Shown: positions 23,019 to 36,221 of the stretch, piece by piece
Numbering within the stretch: the stretch's first letter is position 1
How the letters are laid out: each line of letters begins with the position of its first letter
DNA from: Macrostomum lignano
Lineage: Eukaryota
Direction of reading: 5' to 3'
DNA: 46,432 nt
NCBI GenBank assembly: GCA_002269645.1
Contig: NIVC01001719.1
Span: 1 to 46,432 of the forward strand
The notes under the pieces: model-generated
What the model saw: the letters and a program-made list of their open reading frames with translations, nothing else
Databases searched by the model: none
Told to the model about the DNA's origin: nothing
Made by a program: the position numbers and the translations under genes

Positions 23019-26000
23019 GGTTGCATCGGATCACATTGCGGCTATCACGGGCTGGAGAATCCTGACGCGGCCCAAGAAGCACTACAGCACAAAATCTCTC
23101 AGTTCCCAAACGGCTGCCGGGTTGCCAAGTGAGCCGCAAAGAAATGAACAGCATTCAGCAGAAAAAATGCAGCACAAATTTCCATGCAGAGACGGATGGA
23201 CCCGAGCTGTCAGTCCACCGCCGCCCCCTTCAGCTCCGCCCACCTTGGTGACGGCGGCCGGCAGTTGCGGGCAGTCCGCGGGCCGCCCGCCCCCCTCCGC
23301 TGGGACATCAATCAGGATGTAGTTAATAGGAGTGCCAACTATGCACAGCCAGTGGTGCCCCCCCCCCAGCCAGGCCTACCGTCAAGGAAGCGAGAGAACA
23401 CGCGGATTTCACCGCGGCCAGGCGGAGGCGAGCGAAAGTGATTGAAGGCCTCGTTTGGCGTCCTCAGCAGTTTTCGATTCTTTCCACCGACTTTAACACA
23501 AAAAGGAAAATCCCTGCCAGTCCCTTGGCAACCAGTGGAGAGAAGACTTAAGAAGTCTTAAAGAATGGATTTGCAGTTTTTTTACCTGCCCGACCAGCAG
23601 CTGGTCACTTTTGTCCGCGGGGTGACAGGGAAACTGAAAATCCACCACTGCTGTGCGACTTCTGCTGGCTTCGGGCCACTGCAGCCGTATTGCTTTCACT
23701 TAGAACACCCGGTGTCTCACTTTGAATTCCTGGTGTCTCACTTTGAACTCCCGGTGTCTCCACTTTGAATTCCCGGTGTCTCGCTTTGAAATCCCGGTGT
23801 CTTACTTTGAATTCCCGGTGTCGAACTTCGAATTTCCGGTGTCTCACTTTGAATTCCCGGTGTCTCACTTTGAATGCCCGGTGTTTCACTTTGAATTCCT
23901 GGTGTCTCCACTTTGAATTCCCGGTGTCTCACTTTGAATGCCCGGTGTTTCACTTTGAATTCCTGGTGTCTCCACTTTGAATTCCCGGTGTCTCACTTTG
24001 AATGCCCGGTGTCTCACTTTGAATTCCCGGTGTCTCACTTTGAATTCCCGGTGTCTCCACTTTGAATTCCCGGTGTCTCCACTTTGAATTCCCGGTGTCT
24101 CACTTTTAATGCCCGGTGTCTCACTTTGAATGCCCGGTGTCTCACTTTGAATGCCCGGTGTCTCACTTTGAATGCCCGGTGTCTCACTTTGAATGCCTGG
24201 TGTCTTACTTTGAATTCCCGGTGTCTCACTTTGAATTTCCGGTGTCTCCACTTTGAACACTCGGTGTCTCACTTTGAATGCCCGGTGTCTCACTTTGAAT
24301 GCCCGGTGTCTCACTTTGAATTCCCGGTGTCTCACTTTGAACTCCCGGTGTCTCCACTTTGAATTCCCGGTGTCTCACTTTGAATTCCCGGTGTCTCCAC
24401 TTTGAATTCCCGGTGTCTCCACTTTGAATTCCCGGTGTCTCCACTTTGAATTCCCGGTGTCTCCACTTTGAATTCCCGGTGTCTCACTTTGAATCCCAGG
24501 TGTCTCACCCTGAATACCCGGTGCCTCATTTAGAATTAATATCATCCGGTCTCCACAGGAAATGCCGCTTGCCACCCCTGCGGCACCCCCACACAGATTA
24601 CTAAGATAAGATAAAAAAATATTACAAGCCTTACAAATAAAAAAATTTGCGACGCAGCTTCTTTAACAGACAGAATGACCTAATTTATTATTATGACCCA
24701 AGCGCTCTCCACACACGAGTCAAGCACAAACATCAATGACTGTCACAGAATTTATTATATATAAATATATTTACCGAAGTTCCCCATAGCAACCAGCAAA
24801 TGCAAGCGCAGGGGTTATTCGGCTACACAGAACACCCCCACAAAGGCTATTTTTGCTCGCCATGCACGCGAGCACCCAGTCGCAAGGCTACAGCCGGCAT
24901 TGCACGCACTTGAGAGATCCCCAAACACTGATCAGAGGCTGCACTGGTACTTGTTATTGTTTCAACTTCAGCGCACTGTGTACTGGAGGTGATGACGACA
25001 TATCAACAGGCAACCATCTTAACTGATGGGAATCAAAACTTTATCAATAAAGATCTGTATAGCCTGAATTGCATCGTTGCTAGGGGAGAAATAAGATTCC
25101 TGACTTCGAATTGGGAATATTGGTTATACTTATGGTAACTGCATGTATTCTATTGAACATAGCGGGGCTGAGTTCTGTAACCAACTGGGTGGCTCCAGTC
25201 CATTTCTCTTACAAATGAGCTGAGGGAACAGTTATGAAGCTGCCAATTGTGAGAGATGAGAGGGGATAGGTGAGAGGGGAGGGGAGAGAGGAGTTAGATG
25301 AAATGGGGGAGGATGAGAGAAGAGAGGTGAAAGGAGAGAGATGAGATGGAAGAGATAAGAGATGAGAGGGGAGATGAGAGAGAGATGAGAGGGAGGAAGA
25401 GATGAGAGGGAAGAGGTGAGATAGGAGAGATGAGAGGGGAGAGATAAGATAGGAGAGATGAGTGGGGAAAGACGAGAGGAGAGAAATGAGAGAGAAGAGA
25501 TCAGAGGGAAGAGATCAGAGGGGAGATCAGAGGGGAGATCAGAGGGGAGAGATGAGAGGGGAGAGATGAGAGGGAAGAGATGAGAGGGAAGAGATGAGTG
25601 GGAAGAGATGAGTGGGAAGAGATGAGTGGGGAGAGATGAGTGGGGAGAGATGAGTGGGGAGAGATGAGAGGGGAGAGATAAGAGGGGAGAGATGAGAGGG
25701 GAGAGATAAGAGGGGAGAGATGAGAGGGGAGAGATGAGTGGGGAGAGATGAGTGGGGAGAGATGAGAGGGGAGAGATAAGAGGGGAGAGATGAGAGGGGA
25801 GAGATGAGAGGAGAGAGATGAGAGGGGAGAGATAAGAGGGGAGAGATGAGAGGGAAGAGATGAGAGGGAAGAGATGAGTGGGGAGAGATGAGTGGGGAGA
25901 GATGAGAGGGGAGAGATAAGAGGGGAGAGATGAGAGGGGAGAGATGAGAGGAGAGAGATGAGAGGGGAGAGATGAGAGGGAAGAGATGAGAGGAGAGAGA

Positions 26001-26636
26001 TGAGAGGGGAGAGATGAGAGGAGAGAGATGAGAGGGGAGAGATGAGAGGAGAGAGATGAGAGGAGAGAGATGAGAGGAGAGAGATGAGAGGGGAGAGATG
26101 AGAGGAGAGAGATGAGAGGAGAGAGATGAGAGGGGAGAGATGAGAGGGAAGAGATGAGAGGGAAGAGATGAGAGGAGAGAGATGAGAGGAGAGAGATGAG
26201 AGGGGAGAGATGAGAGGAGAGAGATGAGAGGGGAGAGATGAGAGGAGAGAGATGAGTGGGGAGAGATGAGAGGGGAGAGATAAGAGGGGAGAGATGAGAG
26301 GGGAGAGATGAGAGGAGAGGGATGAGAGGGGAGAGATGAGAGGGAAGAGATGAGAGGGAAGAGATGAGAGGAGAGAGATGAGAGGGGAGAGATGAGAGGA
26401 GAGAGATGAGAGGAGAGAGATGAGAGGAGAGATGAGACAGCAGATGAAACAGGAGCAATAGAATATGCAGTACATCAAGCAATCAGGTGAAAGCAATAAA
26501 GGAGGGCACAAAACAGCGGCAGCTCACCTGGAGGATGCGGGTGGATTGGCGTGGACTGCGGCTGCTGATGAAGCAGCAGCTTGGCCATGAGCAGCGGAGA
26601 TTTCGGTGCCCTGGCGGCGTCCGTGATGGCGGCCAT
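20687..26636 (-). CDS. scrt: Snail-superfamily scratch-like C2H2 transcription factor; exons ~26636-26528, 22490-21660, 20997-20687
   Basis: Five fingers including [13 protein letters not shown]|[33 protein letters not shown] and a last finger [14 protein letters not shown] typical of Scratch; both introns GT-AG and phase 1. The 5' start is uncertain. Confidence 0.85.
21245..21640. repeat. 22-bp intronic minisatellite (GGGTGAGATTTCGGACGGATTT)n
   Basis: About 16 copies in the last scratch intron, with a GA-rich tract at 21090-21230. Confidence 0.93.
22525..23018. repeat. (CAGA)n/(CA)n compound microsatellite
   Basis: Seen directly; ends ~35 nt from the acceptor at 22491. Confidence 0.97.
23692..24520. 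repeat. 21/22-bp minisatellite (GGTGTCTC[C]ACTTTGAATTCCC)n
   Basis: About 38 copies in a scratch intron. Confidence 0.95.
25250..26440. repeat. Purine-rich (GAGAGATGAGAGG[G])n-like minisatellite
   Basis: About 1.2 kb almost devoid of C; a related tract lies at 27215-27630. Confidence 0.95.
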
Positions 26637-27214
26637 GTGCAGCTCTTGGTGGGAGGGAACTGTGCCGATGGGATATTTGTTAAGCAATGCTGCCGATTGT
26701 CTTTAGAATGTCTCGAAAGTGGCAAGCCGGTTTTTATAAAAAGGGGATAGATTTCCCGCTAACGCCGGCGGCGGGGGTTCCGGGAAGTGGGGGACACCTT
26801 GGGATGGGGAAGGGGGCGGTCGGAGCAGCTGGGATTGGCTGCTAGCGAGGCCCCGACAACAAGTGTGCCGTCACTTCGGCCGCGACAGCCCCCCGCCAGG
26901 GCGGCCGAGAGCGGACCAATTATCCCAGGGGCTGGCGGTAAATTTCCCAGCACATCCGGCAGCTGCATGGGAGAGTCGCACAACAAACAGACAAGGAATT
27001 CTAGAACTAGGGATCTGGAATGCCAGCTCCACCCCAAACCTCTTCTAGCGTTACCGATTGAGGCTGAAGAAAATCTGTAAAATTCATGGCATTTTCAGCG
27101 ATTGCCAGATAGCCAAGTCTCAACAGAATTTAAAATAAAACTAGAAATTGTGTAAATTTTAGAATTGGCTTTGAAAAGTTGCGAATTCCGAATCGCTCAG
27201 TTTCAAATAAAAAA

Positions 27215-27630
27215 AGAGAGATGAGAGGGAGAAATGAGAGCGGAGACGAGAGGGCAGAGAGAGGGGCAGAGAGGTGAGAGGGGAGAGATGAGAGAAGGAG
27301 AGATGGGAGGGGAGAGATGAGAGAAGGAGCGATGAGAGGAGAGATGAGAGGAGAGATGAGATGAGAGGAGAGATGAGATGAGAGGAGAGATGAGATGAGA
27401 GGGGGGAGATGAGGGAGGAGAGAGATGAGAGGGGGGAGATGAGGGAGGGAGAGAGATGAGAGGGGAGAGATGAGAGGAGAGATAGATGAGAGGGAGAGAG
27501 ATTAGAAGGGAGATGAGAGGGGAGAGAGATGAGAGGAGAGATAGATAAGAGCGAGAGAGGGGAGATGAGAGGGGAGAGAGATGAGAGGTAGATTAGAGGG
27601 GAGATGAGAGGGGAGAGAGGAGATGGAGAG
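27215..27630. repeat. Purine-rich GAGATGAGAG-type tandem tract
   Basis: Same core as 25250-26440. Confidence 0.9.
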
Positions 27631-28544
27631 AGTCTTCATCATCTAAGTTGATGAAGTTCTGACAACATTTGCAAAAGCCGCCATCGAAAGCCTACCTTGG
27701 TCTGCAGATTGGGTCCGAGGTGCTGAAGTTGGCAATCCAGACTCAGGATCCAGGCCTCCATGAAGCAGCCGATCCACTCCCTCACTCGATTATCCCCGCT
27801 CTCGACTTCCCGCAGAGTTCGGGAAATTGACCGGGGGGGATAACAAGCACCCCTTCGAGCCCCGCAACCGTGCCAACAACTGACCCGCTTGTGTCAAAAA
27901 GACCTGACTCAATATGGCCAGTCTGGCAAGGAGACGAGAGGGTTACAAAAAAGGAATTTCAAGAAGTGACTTTGGCCACGCACCCGCGGAGGAGAATTTG
28001 AAACAAAACAGGTCACAAAACGAGGCAGCGGACCGCATGGAGGCTGGGCTTAATTGCGTCCAACCTTTTTAACCGGGCCGAGTGTGTAAACAACAGGCGG
28101 GGCTTCATCAAGCGACTTGAGTGACCTGCAGCGCGTGTCACATGGCCGCACTTGATCATGCCGCGGGAGCAACTGCACGGCCGAGGCTCAGGCCAGAGAC
28201 ATGGGCTGGGAGGGGGGGAGCAGGCAGACTTGGCAACTGACGGTCCAACCATTTAAATGGACCCGCAGCGCCTGTCTCGGACTTGGCTCGTGTTGCCAGG
28301 AGCGAGTGAATTACCGCACACACATAGATGGGAATTGCATTGATGAGCCTAAGAATGTTTCCATTCTGATGCCAAAGTGAAGCAGTTGCTCCTCCCCTGT
28401 CTGTCACTTGCGCGCCAGCTACAGGCTGGTATTCAAAACTGACCCATTTTCAACAAAGAATGCAAAGAGATCGGGGTTGGGGCACAGGTGACTCGCAAAT
28501 ATATTTTTACCGGTTGGAAGGCAGCATCCCACTTGAGAATCAGG

Positions 28545-29520
28545 CCTGATAAGATAATTATCCTGTACCTGTGAATAAGGGCTGATGGGATAATTATCCT
28601 GTACCTGTGAATGAGGGCTGATGGGATAATTATCCTGTACCTGTGAATGAAGGCTCATGGGATAATTATCCTGTACCTGTGAATGAGGGCTGATAAGATA
28701 ATTATCCTGTACCTGTGAATGAGGGCTGATAAAATAATTATCCTGTACCTGTGAATGAGGGTCGATAAGATAATTATCCTGTACCTGTGAATGAGGGCTG
28801 ATGCGATAATTATCCTGTACCTGTGAATTAGGGCTGATAAGATAATTATCCTGTACCTGTGAATGAGGGCTGATGCGATAATTATCCTGTACCTGTGCAA
28901 GAGGGCTGATGGGATAAATAACCTGTGAATCAGGGCTGATGGGATATAATCACCTGTGAATCAGGGCTGATAGGATATAATCACCTGTGAATCTGGGCTG
29001 ATGGGATATAATTACCTGTGAATCGGGGCTGATGGGATATAATCACCTGTGAATCGGGGCTGATGGGATATAATTACCTGTGAATCGGGGCTGATGGGAT
29101 ATAATTACCTGTGAATCGGGGCTGATGGGATATAATTACCTGTGAATCGGGGCTGATGGGATATAATCACCTGTGAATCAGGGCTGATGGGATATAATTA
29201 CCTGTGAATCGGGGCTGATGGGATATAATCACCTGTGAATCGGGGCTGATGGGATATAATTACCTGTGAATCGGGGCTGATGGGATATAATCACCTGTGA
29301 ATCGGGGCTGATGGGATATAATTACCTGTGAATCGGGGCTGATGGGATATAATCACCTGTGAATCGGGGCTGATGGGATATAATTACCTGTGAATCGGGG
29401 CTGATGGGATATAATCACCTGTGAATCGGAGCTGATGGGATATAATCACCTGTGAATCGGAGCTGATGGGATATAATCAACTGTGAATCAGGGCTGATGG
29501 GATATAAACACCTGTGAACC
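28545..29520. repeat. Bipartite minisatellite: 36-bp units switching to 31-bp units
   Basis: GGGCTGATAAGATAATTATCCTGTACCTGTGAATGA (~10 copies), then GGGCTGATGGGATATAAT(T/C)ACCTGTGAATCG (~19 copies). Confidence 0.95.
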
Positions 29521-30315
29521 ATGGGTTTGGGACTTCAGTGAAGGTTGCAAAAAAGAATTAAGGAGTCAGATACTTGAGGCCTGTACAGAAAGAACGACTA
29601 AGAGGGATTAGAATCCTATTCAGGTGCGATAATTGACGCCACCAAGAACAAGTGGGGGTGAAGTTTCGCACTGTTTAGCTTAAATTTGCTGTGCAGACAC
29701 AATGCATACACAGAAAGGTGGCTGAAGAAGCGCAGGCTGCAGCAAGTGTCCCAGCTAAGCGACAAGGTTTAAGCTGGGCTGGCTTGAATTTCTGAAAACT
29801 AGTGTATAGTTATAGTCTACAGAAATTTGAATTGTTTCAAGATTGTGTTCAAAGCCGAATATAAAACAGATTTTTTTCGATTATTGCCACATCTTCGTTT
29901 GGCTAAAAATCTGCAAAAAACCGCGCAGCCCAGAAGCAGTTTTGGCAAGCCACAGGCAGCAGACGCATCAAGGTACGCAGGAAGATTCCGTATGACTCCA
30001 TCGGGCAGAATGCTAACACCAAGTGCTACAGGCAAAGAAAAACTACATCCCACTGCAGGCTTGTCAAGTGGCAACTGCGCAGTCAGGAAGGCAAACAGCA
30101 AAGTTAATGAGAATAACACGCTTCGTCACTATAATACTGCACCGTAAGTCTCAACCGCAGGATCTTAATTGAGTGACACAATCTGCGCAGCTAAGACAGT
30201 TTTGCCAGGATCTGGACAGTTTCAGGTTGCAACTGTGACTGTATTGTGAATTTAAATTGGATGCGGACGAGCGAGGCAAGGAGGGGAAGCTGCTGATGGG
30301 AGTAGACAAAATAAA

Positions 30316-32890
30316 CTTCTTCTTCTTCTTCTTCTTCTTCGGGCGTGCTCGGGCCAGGGCCCATGGCACCGGGCGTCAGATGGCGCCCGCCTTCCCGAGG
30401 AAGTTCAACACCGCGACGCAGTTCTCGAAAACTGCCGCGGGCTCCGGGCTTGGCCCCCAGAGGCGGCAGCGGTGAGATGTCAGGGCGGGGCAGGAGATCA
30501 GCAGATGGGCCGCCGTCTCCTCTCCATCGCCACAGAAGCGGCAGGTGGGGGCCACGTCATCGCCGATGGCGGCCTGGAAGCCCCGCAGGGCCGGGCAGCG
30601 GTCGGCGCGCAGCTGGCAGATCAGCCGCTCCTGCCACCGCGTGAGGTCGCTTGTCGGCTGAGGCGGCAGGCGGCCCGCCGTGCAGGCAAGGTGCCAGGCA
30701 AGCGAGCTCGTGCTCGCCGCCTCGGTGGCCGCCGCGTTGTAGATCTGGTGCCAGCGGGCGAGGCAGTGGTGGCGGACGGCAGCCTGCGCGGCAGCTAGCG
30801 GGACGGGCGCGGTGCCTTGCGCCAGCGTGGTGCCTTGCTTGGCGATCTCGTCCACGGCCTCGTTGCCTGGGATTCCCGCGTGGCCAGGCACCCACTGCAG
30901 GTGGACCGAGGTTCCCCGGGCCGCGAGGTCGGCGAGGCTGGCCCAGACGGCGTCGATCATGGTGGCGCCCGTCGACCCGGGGCCGGACGCGAGCGCGCTA
31001 AGCGCGCTCAGGGAGTCGGAGCAGATGCGGACCGGCGACAGCTCTGCCGGGTCCGGGGCCGCGAGCACCCACCGAAGGGCCTCAGCGATGGCCACTAACT
31101 CGGCGTGGAAGCTGGACGTCACATGGCCAGCAGCGACGCACAGCGTCGTGTTGGGCTCGACCAGGACGCCACTGCCGCCGTCCAGGATGCCGTCCTTCGC
31201 CGCTCCGTCGGTCCAGATCACGGTGCTGGCGGGCGGCAGGGCGGCAAGCGTCTGCTGCGCCGCGGCTCTCCGGGCCTCCGGCAGGTCCCCCCGCGAGGTC
31301 GGGGAGGCCAACTGCAGCCCGAGGGTGACGGAGTCCAGAGCAGCCCAGGTGGGTGTCGTCGGGACAGCGTGGACGGGCTCTCGCGGGAAGCCGCCCAGGC
31401 CCGCAGCGCTGCATACACTGGCCGCCGTCTCGCGCCAGCCGCGGGCGCTTTGGAGGCGGCGGCGCGGGCCGACGCTGGCCGCGCAGGCGCGCAGCGGGTT
31501 GTCATGCGGCAGCCTGAGGGCGCGCTCGTGGAGGAGGCCAGCGTGCATCTCCGCGCGGACTGCCATCGGCGGCAATCCGGCCTCGCGCTCCAGCACCTCC
31601 GACCTGGTGTTCCGTGGACACCCGGTGATGATGCGCGCGCCCAGGCGCTGGGCCCGGTCCAGGTGGTCGATAGCTGTCCTGCAGGCCGTCGGCATCCAGG
31701 CGCCGGCAGCGTACTCCAGCACCGGCCGCACATAGGCCGTGTAGAGCTGGCGCACGTCGCTCTGCTTGGCGCCCCAGTTGCTGCCAGACAGCGCCGCCAG
31801 GACGCCGCAGCGGGCGCGGGCGCGGCCGGCGAAGTTGGCGGCGTGCGCCGTGAAGCTGAGCAGCCGGTCCAGGATGACGCCGAGGAAGCGCGGCTGGCGG
31901 TCCGTCGAGAGCGGGGCGTCGTTCAGCCACAGACGCAGCTCGCGGCTGGCCTCTCCGGCGGTGGTGGTGAACAGGGAAGCGGCGCACTTGTTCGGCGCCA
32001 GCTCCATCCGCCACTCGTTCGCCCAGTCGGAGACCGCGTCGATCGCAGCCTGCGCCTTCGTCTCGGCCTCTTCCACGGTCAGGCCTTGCACTGCGATGGC
32101 CAGGTCGTCGGCGTAGAGGAACGGCGTGCAGTCGGACGGCAGGTGGTCAGGCAGGTCGTTGATGTACAGCGCAAAGAGCAGAGGGGCAAGGACACTCCCC
32201 TGTGGCAGGCCCTCGCGGAAGAGCCGCCAGCTGCTCAGCGCGCCGTCCACCCTGACGGCAGCGCGGCGATCGGCCAGGAAGCTGCTGATCCAGCGGACCC
32301 CGGCCGCTGGGATGCCGGCGTTGTGCAGCTTGTGCAGCAGGCCCTGCTTCCAGACGGTGTCGTACGCCCGCCGGAAGTCGAACAGGACGACGACCGTCCG
32401 CCTGGCGGGGGCCGCCTGGTGGCCGTCGCTGATGAGCTGGGGGAGCCGGGCAATCTGGTCCTCGGTGCTGCGCCGCTTGCGGAAGCCGGCTTGGGGGGGT
32501 GCAGCAGGTGCCGGGACTCGGCCCAGCAGTAGAGCCGCGCTTGAACCAGACGCTCGGCCAGCTTGGCCAGAGTGGAGGTAAGGGCAATCGGCCGGTATGA
32601 GCCGATCTCGTCGGCCGGCTTGCCCTTCTTGAGGATCGGCACGATGTGGGCACGGCGCCACGCCGCTGGGACCTCCCCCTGGGTCCAGGACGCGTTGATC
32701 AGCTGCAGGACCGCCCGGCGGCCAGCGGCACCGAGGTGCTGCAGATGTTCAGCGCAGATCTCATCGGGTCCTGGGGCCTTCCTGGCCGGGAGGGAGTGGA
32801 GAGCCCTGTCCAGCTCGCGGTGCGAGAACGGCTTTCCAAAGTCTCTGCTCCCATGGCTGTCGGCGCCGGCTCGCGAAACGCTGCTGCGGA
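30316..32890 (-). mobile_element. 5'-truncated I-group (Ingi/Nimb/Loa-like) LINE with RNase H
   Basis: (GAA)n 3' tail at 30316-30340; RT, RNase H and CCHC; no endonuclease present; no TSD recognised; 5' boundary approximate. Confidence 0.85.
30376..32890 (-). pseudogene. Truncated LINE ORF2 (RT, RNase H, zinc knuckle), frameshift at G7 run 32493-32499
   Basis: KAPGPDEI, SYRPIALTS, QAGFR, FDFRRAYDTV, GLPQGSVLAP, YADD; RNase H IWTDG, HAELVAI, CSDSLS, WVPGHAGIPGNE; CRFC..H..C. Confidence 0.9.
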
Positions 32891-32989
32891 AGTTCTCGCT
32901 TCGATACATGGGGGAAGAGGTAGGGAATACTGCTTGGGAAGAGAGGAAGAGTAACGAGATAGGAGCCGATGAGGAGAGCAGGAGGCAGA

Positions 32990-33740
32990 GTAGGAGAGGG
33001 AGAGTAGAGAAGGCAGAGTAAGAGAGGGAGAGCAGGAGAGGGAAAGTAGGATAGGGAGAGTAAGAGAGGAGAGTAGGAGATGGCGAGTAGGAGAGTAGGA
33101 GAGGGAGGGTAGGAGGGGGAGAGTAGTAGAGGGAGGGTAGGAGGAGGAGAGTAGTAGAGGGAGGGTAGGAGGAGGAGAGTAGTAGAGGGAGGGTAGGAGG
33201 GGGAGAGTAGTAGAGGGAGGGTAGGAGGAGGAGAGTAGTAGAGGGAGGGTAGGAGGGGGAGAGTAGTAGAGGGAGGGTAGGAGGGGGAGAGTAGGAGAGG
33301 GAGATTAGGAGGAGGAGAGTAAGAGAAGGATATTAGGAGGGGGAGAGTAGTAGAGGGAGGGTAGGAGGAGGAGGAGAGTAGGAGAGGGAGATTAGGAGGG
33401 GGAGAGTAGTAGAGGGAGGGTAGGAGAGTAGGAGAGGGAGGGTAGGAGGGGGAGAGTAGGAGAGAGAGGGTAGGAGGAGGAGAGTAGGAGAGGGAGATTA
33501 GGAGGGGGAGAGTAGTAGAGAGAGGGTAGGAGGGGGAGAGTAGGAGAGGGAGGGTAGGAGGGGGGGGGGAGTAGTAGAGGGACGGTAGGAGGGGGAGAGT
33601 AGGAGAGGGAGGATAGGACGGGAGAGTAGGAGGGGGAGGGTAGGAGGGGGAGAGTAGGAGGAGGAGAGTAGGAGAGGGAGATTAGGAGGGGAGAGTAGGA
33701 GGGGGAGTAGGAGGGGGAGAGTAGGAGAGGGAGGGTAGGA
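32990..33740. repeat. Purine-rich ~27/28-bp minisatellite (GAGAGTAGTAGAGGGAGGGTAGGAGGGG)n, block 1
   Basis: Seen directly in the sequence. Confidence 0.93.
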
Positions 33741-34039
33741 GTGTGCGACTGTGACTGAGACTGCGCACTCTATCATTTTATTTTCGACTCTAGCCTCAAG
33801 GTTAGCAGTCAAGCAAAGACTGTGTGTGCGTGTTTCTGTCTATGTCATAGAATGCGATATATTTTGTATTTACTGTATTTTATTTCATGCTGAGAGCCAA
33901 GCCCGCAACTGAGAAATATAAGAGCCTGGAACAGAGGAATTCCAGACAAGCCTAACGCAGGCAGACTTGCTGCTACAATATGGAAGACCTTCTCTTTGCC
34001 TTCCGATAGCTGAATCACAGCCCGCTTTATTGGCAACAA

Positions 34040-34625
34040 GGAGGGGAGAGTAGTAGAGGGAGGGTAGGAGGGGGGAGTAGTAGAGGGAGGGTAGGGGGGG
34101 AGAGTAGTAGAGGGAGGGTAGGAGGGGGAGAGTAGTAGAGGGAGGGTAGGAGGGGAGAGTAGTAGAGGGAGGGTAGGAGGGGGAGAGTAGTAGAGGGAGG
34201 GTAGGAGGGGGAGAGTAGTAGAGGGAGGGTAGGAGGGGAGAGTAGTAGAGGGAGGGTAGGAGGGGAGAGTAGTAGAGGGAGGGTAGGAGGGGGAGAGTAG
34301 TAGAGGGAGGGTAGGAGGGGGAGAGTAGTAGAGGGAGGGTAGGAGGGGGAGAGTAGTAGAGGGAGGGTAGGAGGGGAGAGTAGTAGAGGGAGGGTAGGAG
34401 GGGAGAGTAGTAGAGGGAGGGTAGGAGGGGAGAGTAGTAGAGGGAGGGTAGGAGGGGAGAGTAGTAGAGGGAGGGTAGGAGGGGGAGAGTAGTAGAGGGA
34501 GGGTAGGAGGGGGAGAGTAGTAGAGGGAGGGTAGGAGGGGGAGAGTAGTAAAGGGAGGGTAGGAGGGGGAGTAGTAGAGAGAGGGTAGGAGGGGAGAGTA
34601 GTATGTAGAGGGAGGGTAGGAGAGA
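34040..34625. repeat. Purine-rich ~27/28-bp minisatellite, block 2
   Basis: Same unit as block 1, separated by ~300 bp of unique sequence. Confidence 0.93.
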
Positions 34626-35594
34626 CAATCTGTGTTCCACTATGCCAGCAGGCAGGTGCTGCCGCCAAGGCCTCCCAAGCAAGTTAATAAAGTTAAGACG
34701 CGGTGAAGTGTCAGACAGGTGCTGGATCTTGGTAGGCTGGGCTCAATCCAGAAGCAATCCAGAAGAAACCAACTGGCTACAGAAGCAACTGCAACTTCGG
34801 CGAACACCTGGATTCACTCGGCACAAGCAGAGGTCGCGCGACTTTTTGAACAAAAAATTTTCGCCATGTGCCTCGCCGGGGGACGGCGGCTTGCGCAACC
34901 AGCCGTTTAATTCAGTTCAGCTGACAGAGGTTCACAAGCCTTTCTCTGCTTCAGCGCGGAAGCAGCAATTGTCGCAGGAGACTTTGTTCCACTCAAATAT
35001 TGCCAGCCACACGACACGGGACGGACGCGACGCCCACTTGAAGTCAGCATGTACAAGCTAGAGGATATTTGGCGAACATGAGGGATGCTGATTCTGATGA
35101 AGCTGGACACAGCGAGCGGCATTGGCTGACTCTCTCAGAGTCGCGCAGATTTATTCCACAAGTGGCTCGCAAGATGCGACGCTTCAAAACTCCGGGCGAC
35201 AAAGTGGGCCTGTCATGCAGCCTCCTAAGAGAGACTTGAAATGGACAATTTTTAAAAAACTGTCATCTCGACCTCTTTACAACCGTTTCTAATTGGTCAG
35301 AATCAGAATTAAATTAGCCAAGCCGGGACCGGCAGCAATTTATTACCTGTCCCTGCGTTGAACACAAAGGAGAAGAAAGCTCAAGCAGAAAAATGGCATC
35401 GTTTGTGTATACAGCATTAACACCAGGTTTCAGTTTATTAATGTACTTTCAGAACGTCAAAGTCATGAATCACGTGAAACAATATGAAAATATAGTTGAT
35501 GGAGCACGAAATCGGCGAACGAATCAATAAGGATCTCGCAGCCTGATTCCCTTATTCTCCTATGTCTAATTTCCCCGATTCTTCTTAGAGAGAT

Positions 35595-36120
35595 TCTTGA
35601 ATTCCCCTCAGACTGATTCTTGAATTCCCCTCAGACTGATTCTCAAATTCCCCTCAGACTGAGTCTCTTAATTCCCTTCAGACTGATTCTTGAATTCCCC
35701 TCAGACTAGTCTCTTAATTCCCCTCAGACTGATTCTCAAACTCCCCTCAGACTGATTCTCAAACTCCCCTCAGACTGATTCTCGAATTCCCCTCAGACTG
35801 ATTCTTGAATTCCCCTCAGACTGATTCTTGAATTCCCCTCAGACTGATTCTCGAATTCCCCTCAGACTGATTCTTGAATTCCCCTCAAACTGATTCTCGA
35901 ATTCCCCTCAGACTGATTCTCAAATTCCCCTCAAACTGATTCTCGAATTCCCCTCAGACTGATTCTTGAATTCCCCTCAGACTGATTCTCGAATTCCCCT
36001 TCAGACTGATTCTCGAATTCCCCTCAGACTGATTCTCGAATTCCCCTTCAGACTGATTCTCGAATTCCCCTCAGACTGATTCTCGAATTCCCCTCAGACT
36101 GATCCTCAAATTCCCCTTTG
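35595..36120. repeat. 23-bp minisatellite (TTCCCCTCAGACTGATTCTCGAA)n
   Basis: About 22 copies, starting ~100 bp downstream of the ALKBH1 stop. Confidence 0.95.
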
Positions 36121-36221
36121 AGTCACCCGATCCCCAATTCCCTTCTAGTTTATTTCTCTCATAACAACCTAACAAAAGCCTGAATTTCGATTCCCAGCCT
36201 CCTCGCCCCCCATCGAGCGAG

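Noticed and set aside
22522-26511. Long low-complexity ORFs (CLSV.., VRHREFK.., [10 protein letters not shown]..)
   Set aside because: Translations of stop-free micro- and minisatellites inside scratch introns; no coding evidence.
30345-33021. Many + strand and alternative-frame ORFs (e.g. 475 aa at 31105-32532)
   Set aside because: Shadows of the GC-rich LINE ORF2.
33498-34682. Extensin-like LPSLYYSPP ORFs
   Set aside because: Artefact of the purine-rich 27/28-bp array.
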